DNA of 64,000 nucleotides from Octopus vulgaris (Eukaryota), in the NCBI GenBank assembly GCA_951406725.2, contig OX597817.1, positions 77,810,001-77,874,000 of the forward strand. Reading direction: 5' to 3'. How positions within the stretch are numbered: the first letter of the stretch is position 1; each line of letters begins with the position of its first letter. Positions 11,664 through 24,282 of this stretch are shown piece by piece. The position numbers were made by a program, and so were the translations under genes. Under the pieces are notes generated by a model. It had not been told where the DNA came from, made no database searches, and saw only the letters and a list, made by a program, of their open reading frames with translations.

Positions 11664-13893
11664 GCTGGTGCCCTAGCATGGCCTCCATCTAAGGACCAAA
11701 AGAAGTAAAAGATAAAGGTGGCAAGCTGGCAAACACGTTAGCATGCCGGGCGAAATGCTTAGCAGAATTTCACCTGCCGTTACATTCTGAGTTCAAATTC
11801 CGCCAAGGTCGACTTTGCCTTTCATCCTTTCGAGGTCAATAAATTAAGTACCAGTTATGCACTGGAGTCAATGTAATCGACTTAATCCCTTTGTCTGTCC
11901 TTGTTTGTCCCCTCTATGTTTAGCCCCTTGTGGGCAATAGAGAAATAACAAGTGAAAAATAAAGCCAAAATAATAACGTTGTCTATTAAGTTTTGAGTTG
12001 TCTGTGTGAATGTATTTCTGTATGTTAAGAGACGGAGAACAAAATATCTATCCTTCAAGTATATTTAAAAAGTTTCGGTAATAAATTGTAACATGTTACT
12101 GTCAAAACATCTTCACATATTATTATTGGTGTTTTTTATTTATTGTTGGCTCTTCTCTCCATATTGTTACTCCGTCTCCTTTCCTCTCTTCCTCACTCTC
12201 TCTGGCTCATTACCCCCTTTTATTTTGCATGTTTGTTTTGTTTTACATTTATGATTTTTGTTTGTTGAGTTTTGTTTTTTTTACGTTTTTGAAGCATTAC
12301 TGAGAGTCTGGCAATGGTTTCTTTTCTAGTAGACGGCAATGAAATTTTAAAATTGTATTTTGTTTGACTGGGCATGACGCCATAATTTTTAATGTGAGGT
12401 ATGAAGGAAAGATCAGCAGGGGAAAACAAGATTATTGTGTTTTATGTGTTGTGATGTTCATCACAGATTTACTCAATCACACTAATGACATAACTAAAAC
12501 AAATGTAAGATATTGTCTAGAAATACATAACTCAGAGATGCCATCTGGATGAAGAGGAAAATAGTTAACTTAATGTTAACATATTTAATGAGACGAACAT
12601 AGAAAGCAATTAACTAGGAATATGTGTGCAGTGAGAAAATTCACAATAAACAATATTTATAAATAACATTCACTTTCCCATTTCCCTGTAAGTTTTCTAG
12701 CTGACAAAAGAGACAACACTGGACAGTTTTCACTCTTATTCTGATCTCTTCAGTGAAGTATAGCTTCAACGGTTTTTGCTGAAATTGTGGTGAAGTATTT
12801 TAAAAGTAAAAGTAGAAGATTGTACAGTCTTTAGCATTAGCAGATAAGATTATTTAGAGATTAAATCATTTAAGATATCTTTTGCATGGAAGAATTAATT
12901 ATTAAATTAATCGCAATATGTATAATGCAAAGGGCATTACAAGGTTAGAATGGAATATGCAGTGAGGTGGAGGAACTTGTTGATAAATTAGTATTTTTGC
13001 TAGTATTATCTTGCATGTAATTGGAATAACTCTGAGCATGTTTTGGAATTATTCTGATCTCTTCTTCAAAGCAGACAGAACAGTAGTTTGGTTAGCAATT
13101 TCACTTCACAGTCATATGGTTTCAAACCACAATAACCTTCTTTGTCATCACCTTCTCTTAAATCACACCATTCAAATACATCCTATTCCTTGTCATTCTC
13201 CATTCCTGACCCTTCTTGGGCATTCGCTTTTCCTGTCTACCTACATCACTCCAAATTCACATACACATTACTCCATCTATCAATGGAATGCCCATCAAGA
13301 ACTTATATAAAAGTCAGAAAGACTGAAGTAAACCACAACCCAATGACAGGTGGTATCTGAGACCCCCTTCAGTCATGACACTGACCATGGGATTGCACCT
13401 AGAAAGTTACCCTCCCACAATCACCACCAACACCATGACCACCGCCACTGCTGCCACCACCATGATACCACAATGATGATAATGGCAACGATGATGACAA
13501 CGAAGCCGACGACGACGACCACCACTGCTGCTATGATAAATGCATCTAGAACTACTCACAATCACCCCCACCCCCACCCCCACACAAGCACCACTATCAG
13601 CACTCCTACACCCCACAAGCACCACTACCAGCACCAACACCCCCACCCCATCCCTGCAACCACCACCACCACCACCACCACCACATTCGGTCTTAATATA
13701 TCCACTGCTGTCACCATTCTCAACCACCATAATCTTAACGAAAACCAAAAACAAAAACACACCCTCACCTCCCACTTCCATTACCAGGAACCAACAAGAA
13801 ATAACAACCAACAAGAAATAACAGCCAAATTTCCCTTGTATCATGACATAGTTTCTTCAGAAATGAAACATGAAAGAAAAGAAATGAAGAATA

Positions 13894-14861
13894 TATGAGG
13901 GGGATGCTGAAAAGTTCCTGGCTTTAAGGGTATTGCACAAGGCCTTCTGAGTTCTTTTTACAGGGCTTAGAAAAACTGTAGGACCACTGCAATAAGTGTA
14001 TAAATCTGAGAGGAGAATATGTTGAAAAAAATCTTAACTAACTGATCCTCCTATATTTTCTTTTGCCCAAAGACAAGGAACATTTCAGCACTCCATCGTG
14101 TGTGTGTGTGTGAGGTGGGGCTGAAAGTTCTTGGTTTTTAGGGCGTCACAAAAGACCTGGTTGAAGGCCCAACCTTCTGTGTTGTTTATACAGGGCTTAG
14201 ACAATATGAAGGACCACTGCAATAAGTGTGTGAATCTGAGAGAGGAATATGTTCAATAAAATGATAATTAACTGATCTACCTGTATTTTCTTTTACCAAA
14301 AGCCGAGTACTTTCCAGCACTCCCTTGTATGTGTGTATGTATGTATTTATATATATATATATGTGCGTGTGTGTGTGTGTGTGTGTACATACGAGGTGGG
14401 GCTGAAAAGTTCCTGGCTTTAAGGGTATCATAAAAGGTCTGGCTGGAGGCCCAAACTTCCGAGTTCCTTTTCAGTGCTTAAAAAACTGAAAGACTGTTTC
14501 AACAAGTGTACGAATCTGAGAAGGGAATATGTTGAATAAAGTCATAATTAATCGATCCTCCTGTATTTCCTTTCACCCAAAGCCAAGAACTTTTCTGAAT
14601 ACCTTTGAGTGTGAATGTGTGTGTGTGTGTGTGTGTGTGTATACGAGGTGTGGCTGAAAGGCTCCTGGCTTTAAAGGTATCACAAAAGACCTGATTGAAG
14701 GCCCAACATTCTGAATTCTTTTACAGGGCTTAGAAAAACTTAAGGACCACTGCAATAAGTGCGAGAAACTGAAAGGAAATTATGTTGAATTAAATCATAA
14801 TTAACTGATCCTCCTGTATTTTCTTGTACCCAAAACTAGTAACTTTTTAGCACCCCCTCAT
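13894..14861 (+). mobile_element. Tandem array of four ~215-bp mariner-derived MITEs separated by (TG)n/(TA)n
   Basis: TIR tacgaggg..gctgaaaagttcctggcttt / aaagccaggaacttttcagcacccctcgta. The interior encodes the mariner C-terminus ([21 protein letters not shown]). Another copy lies at 38697-38910. Confidence 0.85.
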
Positions 14862-15031
14862 ATTAGTTTATTTGGTCCAAGATATATTTCTGAAATGGCT
14901 GGACAGCCATGGTTGGAAAGATTTCAATAAGGAATTGACCAGTGGTGGAAAAAAGCAACAACATCAAAACCTTCGTCCACTACCACCATCGCTAACACCA
15001 CTGTTCAACATCTTCATCATCACTAGAATTG

Positions 15032-15088
<57 letters not shown>

Positions 15089-15303
15089 TTCTTTTGTGGC
15101 CATGCTGGAGCACCACCTTTAGTTGAACAAATTCACCCCAGGACTTATTCTTTGTAAACCTAGTACTTATTCTATCGGTCTCTTTTGCTGAACTGCTAGG
15201 TTACGGGTATTAAACACACCAGCATCGGTTGTCAAGTGATGTCGGGGAGACAGATGCACAAGCATACACATACAAACACACATGCATACATATATACATA
15301 TAC

Positions 15304-15350
<47 letters not shown>

Positions 15351-16030
15351 ATGGAATTCTTTCAGCTTCCGTCTACCAAATCCACTCACAAGGTTTTGGT
15401 TCACCCAAGGCTATAGTAGAAGACACTTGCCCAAGGTGTCACACAGTGGAACTGAACCCAGAACCATGTGGTTGGTAAGCAAGCTACTTACCACAAAGCC
15501 ACTCCTGCACCAACGTTAAACGATGATGATGATGATGATGATATATATATATATGTATATTTGTATATATGCACACACACACATATATGTATACGTATAT
15601 ATATATATATATTCTTTTAGAAATATTTTTTTGCTTTTTTATTTTGTTTTGTTCACCACAGCAAAGTGTAGAAAAGTGTGTCAGGAGTTCATCTGACGTT
15701 GAAACGTGCTTATCCTGAAGGCTGGAGCTATTTTAGTTGAAGAGCGTGAGCTTAAAGCAACCGAAAAATCAGTTTTAGATGTGTGGTGTTGTGCGTCTAT
15801 GTATGTGTGTATTTGTGTATGTTTGTAAGAAGTATGAATCAATATATGTGTGTATGTGTATGTGTGTGTGTGTGCACATTCATATATGTATATATATATA
15901 TACACACACACGTGTTCATAGGTATGTGTATGACTGTATACACTTATATATGTGTGCATGTGTTCATACTTATATAATATATACATAACTACCTATGTGC
16001 ACACACATATATATAAATATATGTACATGA

Positions 16031-16068
<38 letters not shown>

Positions 16069-16259
16069 TCACATGCACACAGATATTCATATACATATAT
16101 ACATACACACACATATAGATAGATAGATACAGATCTATATACCTATAAATATAAGTATATATATGTATATATATACATTTCTATGTATATATATATGTGC
16201 TTGTATGTGTGTGTGTACATGTGTACATGTGTGAATGTCAGTGTGAGTATATCCAAATA

Positions 16260-16293
<34 letters not shown>

Positions 16294-17189
16294 TGTATAC
16301 ACATACATACACATATGTATACATACATGCATACATATATATCTATATCTATCTATCTATATATATATATATGTATGCATGTATGTATGCATGTATGTAT
16401 GTATATATACATATATATACAAACACATTTTTACATACATATACACGTGCATAAACACACACGTTTGGGTTTTTTTATGATTACTTTCTCTATTTGTATT
16501 TTTGGGGGCGGTTTTCCAGTCCTTCCTTCTTTCCTTTCTTCCTCTCTATTTCACCACTTACTTCTTCCTTCCTTCCTTCCTTCTTTTCTTTCATTCTCAC
16601 CACCCAACCATCTAACCACATCCATCCACTCACCCACTTACCTACGTACTTATTTACTTCCTCTCTTCTTTCTCTCTCTCTTTTCTTCTCTTCCTGCATT
16701 CACTCTTTCTTTCTTGTTGTTCTCTTTCTTTGTTTTCTTCTTAATCTGTCATTTATAAACCTATTATTATTGCTATTATCATTATTGTTTTCACCGTTTT
16801 TTGTCTTCCACTTCTTCTTCCACCTCCTCATTCTCTTCCTCGTCTTCCTCATCATGGTTGTCATCATCGTTGTGGTTGTGATTGTAATGGCCATGGTGGT
16901 TGTCATAGTGGAAATAGCTGTGATAATGGTCGTTGTTGCCATCATTGTTCTCCTCCCCCTCCTCCTTCTCCTCCACCTCCTCATCATCATCATCATTCTC
17001 ATCATTAGCACTTATAGTTTGATTAGTTTTCCATCATTGTTTTATAATCCATCTATCTATTTTATACTTGCAACTCTTCTTTCAGCAAACCCTATCTATC
17101 TGTCTGTTTGTCTATTAGTCCATCTGTCTGTTTGTCTGTCTGTCCATCCATCTGACCATCCATCCATCTGTCTGTCTGTCTATCTCTTC

Positions 17190-17259
<70 letters not shown>

Positions 17260-17359
17260 GTATGCTACATATGTATGAATATAAATGATATGATATATAT
17301 ATGCGTGTGTGTGTATGGTATGTATGTCTATTTTTCACTATAAATATATTCATATCTAT

Positions 17360-17400
<41 letters not shown>

Positions 17401-17599
17401 TATATATTAAGACTTAGAGAGACATGTACATGTATGTATATATACATATATATGTATGTGTGTATATACATGTATGTATATATATATATATGTGTATATA
17501 TTAATGGGTATGTATGTATTTATGTATATAAATGAATGTGTGTATATGTATGAGTTTATACACGCACACACATATGTATAAACAACATACCCAAAGCAT

Positions 17600-18140
17600 G
17601 TAAACCTGAGAACAAACTAAGATTGAGAGATGTTATTTATCAAATTTCTTTGTAAAAGTTAAGGTTGCCAACCTCACAACTCCAAATACCAAATTGGTCA
17701 AACAAATACAACTTTCTGTCATAGAACCACTATGAATTTAAAATGAAGAACAATCACATGACCCTACATGATGTAGCATGAAATAAGGTTAGACAGGAAA
17801 ACATTAACAGAAAATGCTTCTTAATCTTATAGCATATTCCCCACTGAAATAGGAAACTGATTAGGGAATCAAAGCAAATATTACAAATATTACAAAATAT
17901 ACACGTTATATGTTACAACTTACTCATTACCTGTGCATATACAACAAATATAGATCACTGAAACCCAAACAATGAAGCTCAGGTGGTAAAATATAAGACA
18001 CCCACTATAAAAAGAGCAGTATAGAAACCCAAAGCTCTCCAAATCCTGAAGATGTGGCTGAGAAAGTCTAGAAGATATTGCTGATATATAGATAGACTAG
18101 GGAACTTTACTGCTCTAAAAGAACTGTAACTCTCTGATTA
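17600..18140 (+). mobile_element. Highly decayed Penelope-like GIY-YIG endonuclease fragment plus 3' region
   Basis: By-eye translation RDVIYQIS-CKS*GC..KYQIGQTNTTFCHRTT resembles VIYxIxC..GC..YIGQT..xxR. Confidence 0.55.
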
Positions 18141-18567
18141 ATTAGCATATTCAAAGGAATACATACATATGTGTGTGTGCATGTTGTGTGTATGTGTGCA
18201 TTTGTGTGTATATGTTTATATATGTACACATATATCTTTATTTAAGTATAAATTATATATATACACGCATGTATATATATATATATATGTATCTTCATCT
18301 TTTTTTATCTTTTACTTGTTACAATCATTATGGTTTGGCCATGCTGGGGCACAACCCTCAAAGAATTTTCAGTTGAATGAATTGACCCCTATAGCTTTTT
18401 TAAAGCCTTTTACTTATTCTATTAGTTTAGTCTCTTTTGCTGAAATGCTAAGTTATGGAGTGTAAACACACTGACACCAGTTGTCAAGTGATGGTAGGGG
18501 ACAAACACATATACAGACATACACATGGATAAGTGTGGGTGTGTATGTGTATGCGTGTGTGTATATA

Positions 18568-18741
18568 CGATGGGCTGCCAATGGTTTCATGCAGAGCGAA
18601 ATCTTTTGACAATTATGAATTCTGTCAGATGGGAATATTAATACTCTTCTCAGTTTTGGATGAGGCAAGTATTAACATACCCAGAAGGCAAACTTGATAA
18701 TTGTGAAGAGATTCTTCTACACATGAAACCATTGGTAGCCT
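18568..18741. mobile_element. MITE with ~30-bp TIRs inserted in a SINE A copy
   Basis: gggctgccaatggtttcatg..gaaatc / gattc..catgaaaccattggtagcc; related ends at about 24003-24222. Confidence 0.7.
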
Positions 18742-18768
18742 TGTTAACCCACAAATAAAGACACAAGG

Positions 18769-18807
<39 letters not shown>

Positions 18808-19506
18808 CACACATGCACATGCACACACACATGCACACACATGTATGCATATACACAATAGATTCCTTTTACTTTCCATCTGCCAAATCCACTCAAGGTT
18901 TGCCTGAGGTGCCATGCAATAAGACTGAACATAGAACAATGTGGCTGAAAATCAAACTTCTTACACCACAGCCACACCTATGCCAATTCTGTTCAGTTGT
19001 TTCACAACCTTTCTTGATTGTACCACACCGGTTTAATTATTCTAAGGCAAGCATTTCCCAGTCATGATTTCCCATGTTCAAAAGTTTGAATATGCACATC
19101 TTTGTATTTCCTCCAGGGTGTATACTGTGGGTGCATACACACACACACACATATATATTACAATATATTTTTATGTATATGTATATTTAAATCTATCCAT
19201 CTATCTATATTTCTCAATTGATATTTCAAAAGATAAAATAATTTAATTGAATAATCATACAAGAATATACAATTTACCTTACAAATAGTACCGTGTTTCA
19301 ATTGTTGATTCAATTTCATCAGCAGAGAAAAACATAGCATATATAACAGTACTTTAGATATTCCCTTGGGCTTTCTCGTGTCATTCATGCCAAGATTGAG
19401 TTAGCAATATAAACACACATGATGACATATTCAGGTATATTTTTTAAAGCTATTCTTCTCACTTCATATTTTATAGTGATTGTCAAACCTGCATGTATAT
19501 TAGATC

Positions 19507-19544
<38 letters not shown>

Positions 19545-19739
19545 TCTGGTGATATATATTAATGTTTGTTTTCATGTTCAGTTATAATAACCCATCAGAT
19601 TAATGTCAAAACAATTTTTCATTAATCTGATGGGTTACGCTATACTTTTATAGAGTACAAATATATTATTCTTACACAAGAATGTCGTTGACAGTGAAAA
19701 CTTCGAAGTCACTGTCAACAGCATTCTTGTATAAGAATA

Positions 19740-19774
<35 letters not shown>

Positions 19775-19899
19775 TGTATGTATGTATGCATGCATGCATG
19801 CATGCATGTATGTATGTATGTATGTATGTATGTATGTATGTATGTGTATGTGTGTGCGTGTGTGTGTGTGTGTGTAGTCTTCCATTCTTTCAGTCTTCT

Positions 19900-20260
19900 A
19901 TATATTCCAGTCCAAAAGCTGTGGCCGTGCTGGGGCACCAATAACGTTATCCCCTTTTCAATGGCCATTCTTATGTGATTGGCTTTTGGTGAAGGAGGGA
20001 GTTCAACTCTGCTGCTCACTTTTGAGTTTCCTGCCAAGATATAGGTTCATTTGGGACCTCAGACAACAAAAGATCAAGTTGTTTCTTGAAAACATCTATC
20101 TATGTTCCATGTAGATCTCTTTTAGTAAGGTATTAAATAGCTGTGGGCCTTTGAATCCCAATCTACTGCAGTACATGGTCCTCACTTTAGACAGGATAGC
20201 CAGGACCTTTTGAACAGTGCAGTGATATCTTGTTCAGGTATTAGTATATTTCTTGATGTA
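19900..20260 (-). mobile_element. CR1-type LINE ORF2 C-terminal fragment
   Basis: Decayed frame HCTV..SKVRTMYCSRLGFKGPQLFNTL..DVFKKQLDLLLSEVPNEP..AAELNSL. Confidence 0.65.
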
Positions 20261-20494
20261 ATAGATTTTATATACATAAATACAATTTAATTATAGGTTA
20301 AATTAGCCTCATTAAGGGATGGTATTACCCATTGAAATACTGGTTCAATACATTATATTTATTGGGAATAATAATATTCATAAAATAAGAGGTTTGTATA
20401 TAAACCAATGGTTTATAATCATTCAAATGAAATATAAGAAAACGGATATATAGCATTTAATAATGATTTATTATAAGCAAAAGTCAAACATAGT

Positions 20495-20578
20495 TCCTTA
20501 CAGCTGTTTCAATTAAGCTCAATAAAGATTAAATAAAAATTATTAAAATCATTTTGGGGGGAAAATCTCTTCAGATGA
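20495..20578 (-). ncRNA. Type I hammerhead ribozyme motif (PLE-type)
   Basis: tcat-CUGAAGA-gauu..aauu-GAAAC-AGCU-GUA-agga: intact core and palindromic stem III ACAGCUGU. Confidence 0.65.
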
Positions 20579-20897
20579 GTAGAAAAAAGATATACCCTTA
20601 GGTTTTTTTTTATGTGTTGTATTATAGAATCATCACAGCAGACTGAAAAATATTATTCATGGCTAAGTTAGCGGGTTACAGGTTATTTTAATAGCAAGAA
20701 ATAATATGTAGATATAATTAAGGTAATAATGGGTAAATAAATAAAGATTAAATAGTAAATTACAATGAAGAAGAGTATCATATAAATAAGGAGATAAATA
20801 GGTTGTTTGTAAAATTGAGAAAAACCTATATAAAATCAATATAGAAACATTTATTAATACCAGTCTAACTACTTTTAATTCAGTGTATATATATATA

Positions 20898-21148
20898 ATA
20901 TGGCCCAGTGTTTAGGGCAGTGGACTGGCAGTCGGAGGATTGTGGTTTTGATTCCTGGACTGGGCATTGTGTGTGTTTATTGAGCGAAAACACCTAAAAG
21001 GTCTACGAAGCTCTCTCACTCTTTCTTCCTCTTTCTTGAGTAATGTTGCGATAGACTGTCATCCTGTTCAACTGGGGGGAACACATACGCCACAGAAACT
21101 GGGAAACCGGGCACATGAGCTTGGCTAGGCTAGAAAAGGGCACATGAA
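20898..21148 (+). mobile_element. tRNA-derived SINE family C (V-domain-like 3' part)
   Basis: tggcccagtggttagggca A-box; ggttt(c)gattcc B-box; gatggactggcgtcccgtccag. Other copies at 36750-37040(-) and 45298-45556(+). Confidence 0.8.
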
Positions 21149-21161
21149 TAATAAAGACAAA

Positions 21162-21218
<57 letters not shown>

Positions 21219-21284
21219 TGTGTGTGTGAGTGTGTGTGTATACAAAAACACATAATATATGTGCATATATATAAATATATACAC

Positions 21285-21318
<34 letters not shown>

Positions 21319-21930
21319 ATATACAAACAATACATACATATAGATATATATCCTCATTTATACACACACTCACATTTCATCCACTTAAAGCATATACACC
21401 CATATATACATGCATATATAGATAAATATAAATACATGCAAAAAATGTATACATATTCTTTCAAATTATTATACACTAACTCCTAGAAACAAAGTTGGTA
21501 TAATTGGTGAGTGTATAATATTTTGTGTGTGTACATATACATTTTTTGTATGTATTTATATGTATATCTGTACATGCATATATATATGCATGTATATATG
21601 GGTGTATACACTTTAAGTGGATAAAATGTGAGCATGTATAAGTGAGGATATATATATATGTGTATGTATATATATATATATATGTGTATGTATGTATGTA
21701 TATATATATATCACGTGACCGACCAGTCCGTCAGATGTAGTTACATCGTATCACAATGCGTTCGCATTGTTTTAGCCTTTGAATGACGCCACCCGCTGGC
21801 TAAGTGAGCAGTCCAACAGAAGAAGAGTGGATATATATATATATATGGATATATATATTTATATATATATACATGTATATATATTTATATGTGTATATGC
21901 ATAAAAACCTAAGGGTATATCTTTTTCTAC

Positions 21931-22012
21931 TCCTCTGAAGAAATTTTGTCCCCCAAAATGATTTTAATATTCATTTAATCTTTATTGGGCTTAATTGAAA
22001 CAACTGTAAGGG
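21931..22012 (+). ncRNA. Type I hammerhead ribozyme motif (inverted partner of 20495-20578)
   Basis: uccu-CUGAAGA-aauu..aauu-GAAAC-AACU-GUA-aggg; stems I, II and III can all form. Confidence 0.65.
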
Positions 22013-22549
22013 ATTATGTTTGATTTTTTGCTGATAATAAATCTTTATTAAATACTATATTTCCATTTTCTTATTTTTCATATATATACATAAATATATA
22101 TTTATGTATGAATGAACTCTTGAAGCAAAATATGCCAAATATGCTCCTTTGTCACTTCCATTTTAGCTTTGAAAAATAACTGTTAAAATCGAACTGCACT
22201 CTTCAAAACTTGCACTAAAAATAAGTACAAAGTAAAACTACTACCTGCTTTTATAGCAAGTTGATGTAGGTAGTTTATCCTGTCTCCTTCTGACTTAATT
22301 CAGGCAATTGAAAAAACTGCATTATTTATGAGATGACCCAATATATATATTTATATATAAGAGACCAAAATTTTTTTTTAAATTCCCAGATTCGTAATCT
22401 CTACATTTTTTTACATGGATTAAAAAAATTCGAAAAAAGTTAAAAATTAAGAAATTGGGGTGAGGGAAATAAAAATTTTGAAAACGTTCACCAATATATT
22501 TTTATATATAAAAAAATACAAAAATGGGACGAGAATGCAAAACATCCAG

Positions 22550-23001
22550 ACAGCTGATACAAAAAAGGGACAACAAAACATCCAGACAGATGATAGAAAG
22601 AAAACAAGGATGGGTCATTCAAAGTTTTCTATCCTCAGTTGAGCTCCAGATTATCTTTGCAATTTCAGCTGGTTATATAAGGCTTTACTTCCACACACAC
22701 CAGCTAAATACAATTCGTCGTTGTTATGCTCTGTTAATTGCCTTTGTATTTGTGTAACATTTCTCGGTTTTTTTCCATCCTTGTTTTTGTATACATTCAT
22801 TGCTTTCTTCCAAGGAATCTAATGCTCTTAGCCTAGCTTTGCCTTGAAGCTGGCCAGATTAGAGCAATCTCGAGTATAACCAGCCAAAATTGCAAAGATA
22901 ATCTGGACCTCAACTGAGGATAGAAAACTCTGAATGACCCATCCGTGTTTTCTTTGTATCATCTGTCTGGATGTTTTGTTGTCCCTCTTTTGTATCACCT
23001 G
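22550..23001. repeat. ~128-bp inverted repeat (22550-22678 / 22875-23001); a single related arm at 39278-39400
   Basis: gatacaaaaaagggacaacaaaacatccagacagatga...gctggttata is mirrored downstream. Confidence 0.85.
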
Positions 23002-23003
23002 AT

Positions 23004-23040
<37 letters not shown>

Positions 23041-24282
23041 TGAAAAAGATTAGAGATCTAAACAAATCAAATTCTAAAGATAAAAGATAGAAGTTAGGGA
23101 AATAGTACAGAAGTAAATCTAAGATATTTCAATTTAAGAAGGAATTTAATAAAAATAATTAAAAAAATTATTTAAAGAAAATATTACCGGTTCCGATGAT
23201 GAATCTCATTTTATCAAATATCAGTAAAAGTTTATAAAAGTTTGAAGTAAAAACAGTTTATCTTCTGTCTGGCGGTCAAAAACATGCCCGGAGATTTTTT
23301 TGTTGAAGTCTTCTTTAAATATAGTTTTGGTATAGAGTTCAAAGTGTTAGAGAGTAAGAGACGGGGTGTAGTTGTCTATTGTCTGATAGAAATCTTTATG
23401 GGATCTTGCCAAGGGAATGGCTTAAAAACATATATTGAATGGGTCGACCTGTGTGTGTGTGTGTATTGTTTTGAATGTCCTTTCAGTATGTTTGGAATGT
23501 GACCAGTTGTGTGTTTATGGGTGTGTATGTTGTGATGAATGTCTTGTTGAAGAAAGAATTAGGATTTCCTTCCGCTTAAATGTATTCTTTTGAGTGTTTT
23601 CTCTGGTATGTATGTGTGTGGTTACCATCTGAGTGCATGTGTGTGTGCATGTCTTTGTGTGTGTGTGTATACAGAGTTGTGTGTGTGCGTACAGAGTTGT
23701 GTGTGTGTACAGAGTTGCTTGTGTGTATGTATATTTATGTGTGTCTGTGTGTGTGTACGTTTTTTTATGCTTTCTTTTGTGTGTATGTGTGTGTGCAGAA
23801 GTGTGTGTATGTTTTTTTGTGATGTTTTATTTTCGTGTGTATGTGCATATGTATGCATATGTGTGTGTATGTGTTTGCATATGTGTGTGTATATATATAT
23901 ACATATATATATATATATGAAGATATTTATGTATACATATTTTATATATTGTTATCATTTATACAATATTATAAATTTATCTAATGATAGCCAATACTTG
24001 TTACTGAATGGTTTCATGTAGCAAGAAATCCAAAAGTAAAAGGATGATTTTGAAAGTTATCCTTCCATATGTGAAAGTTTCTATAATTCAAATCCCTTTG
24101 GTAACATAAAATTTGCTTTACGAGATTGGATTTACAAGAATGCTCAAAAAATATACAACCACTGTAAGACTGAGTACATAAGTGACTATTTTTTCTGATT
24201 TATGTAAACTTATTGGATGCCTATATATCTTTCTTTTATTTTTTATTTATTTCAGTCAACTGTACTGGTACACTGCCCTGAA

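Noticed and set aside
13350-13898. 182-aa His/Thr-rich ORF
   Set aside because: It begins in a SINE D fragment and runs through CAC-type low-complexity sequence; there is no evidence of a real gene.
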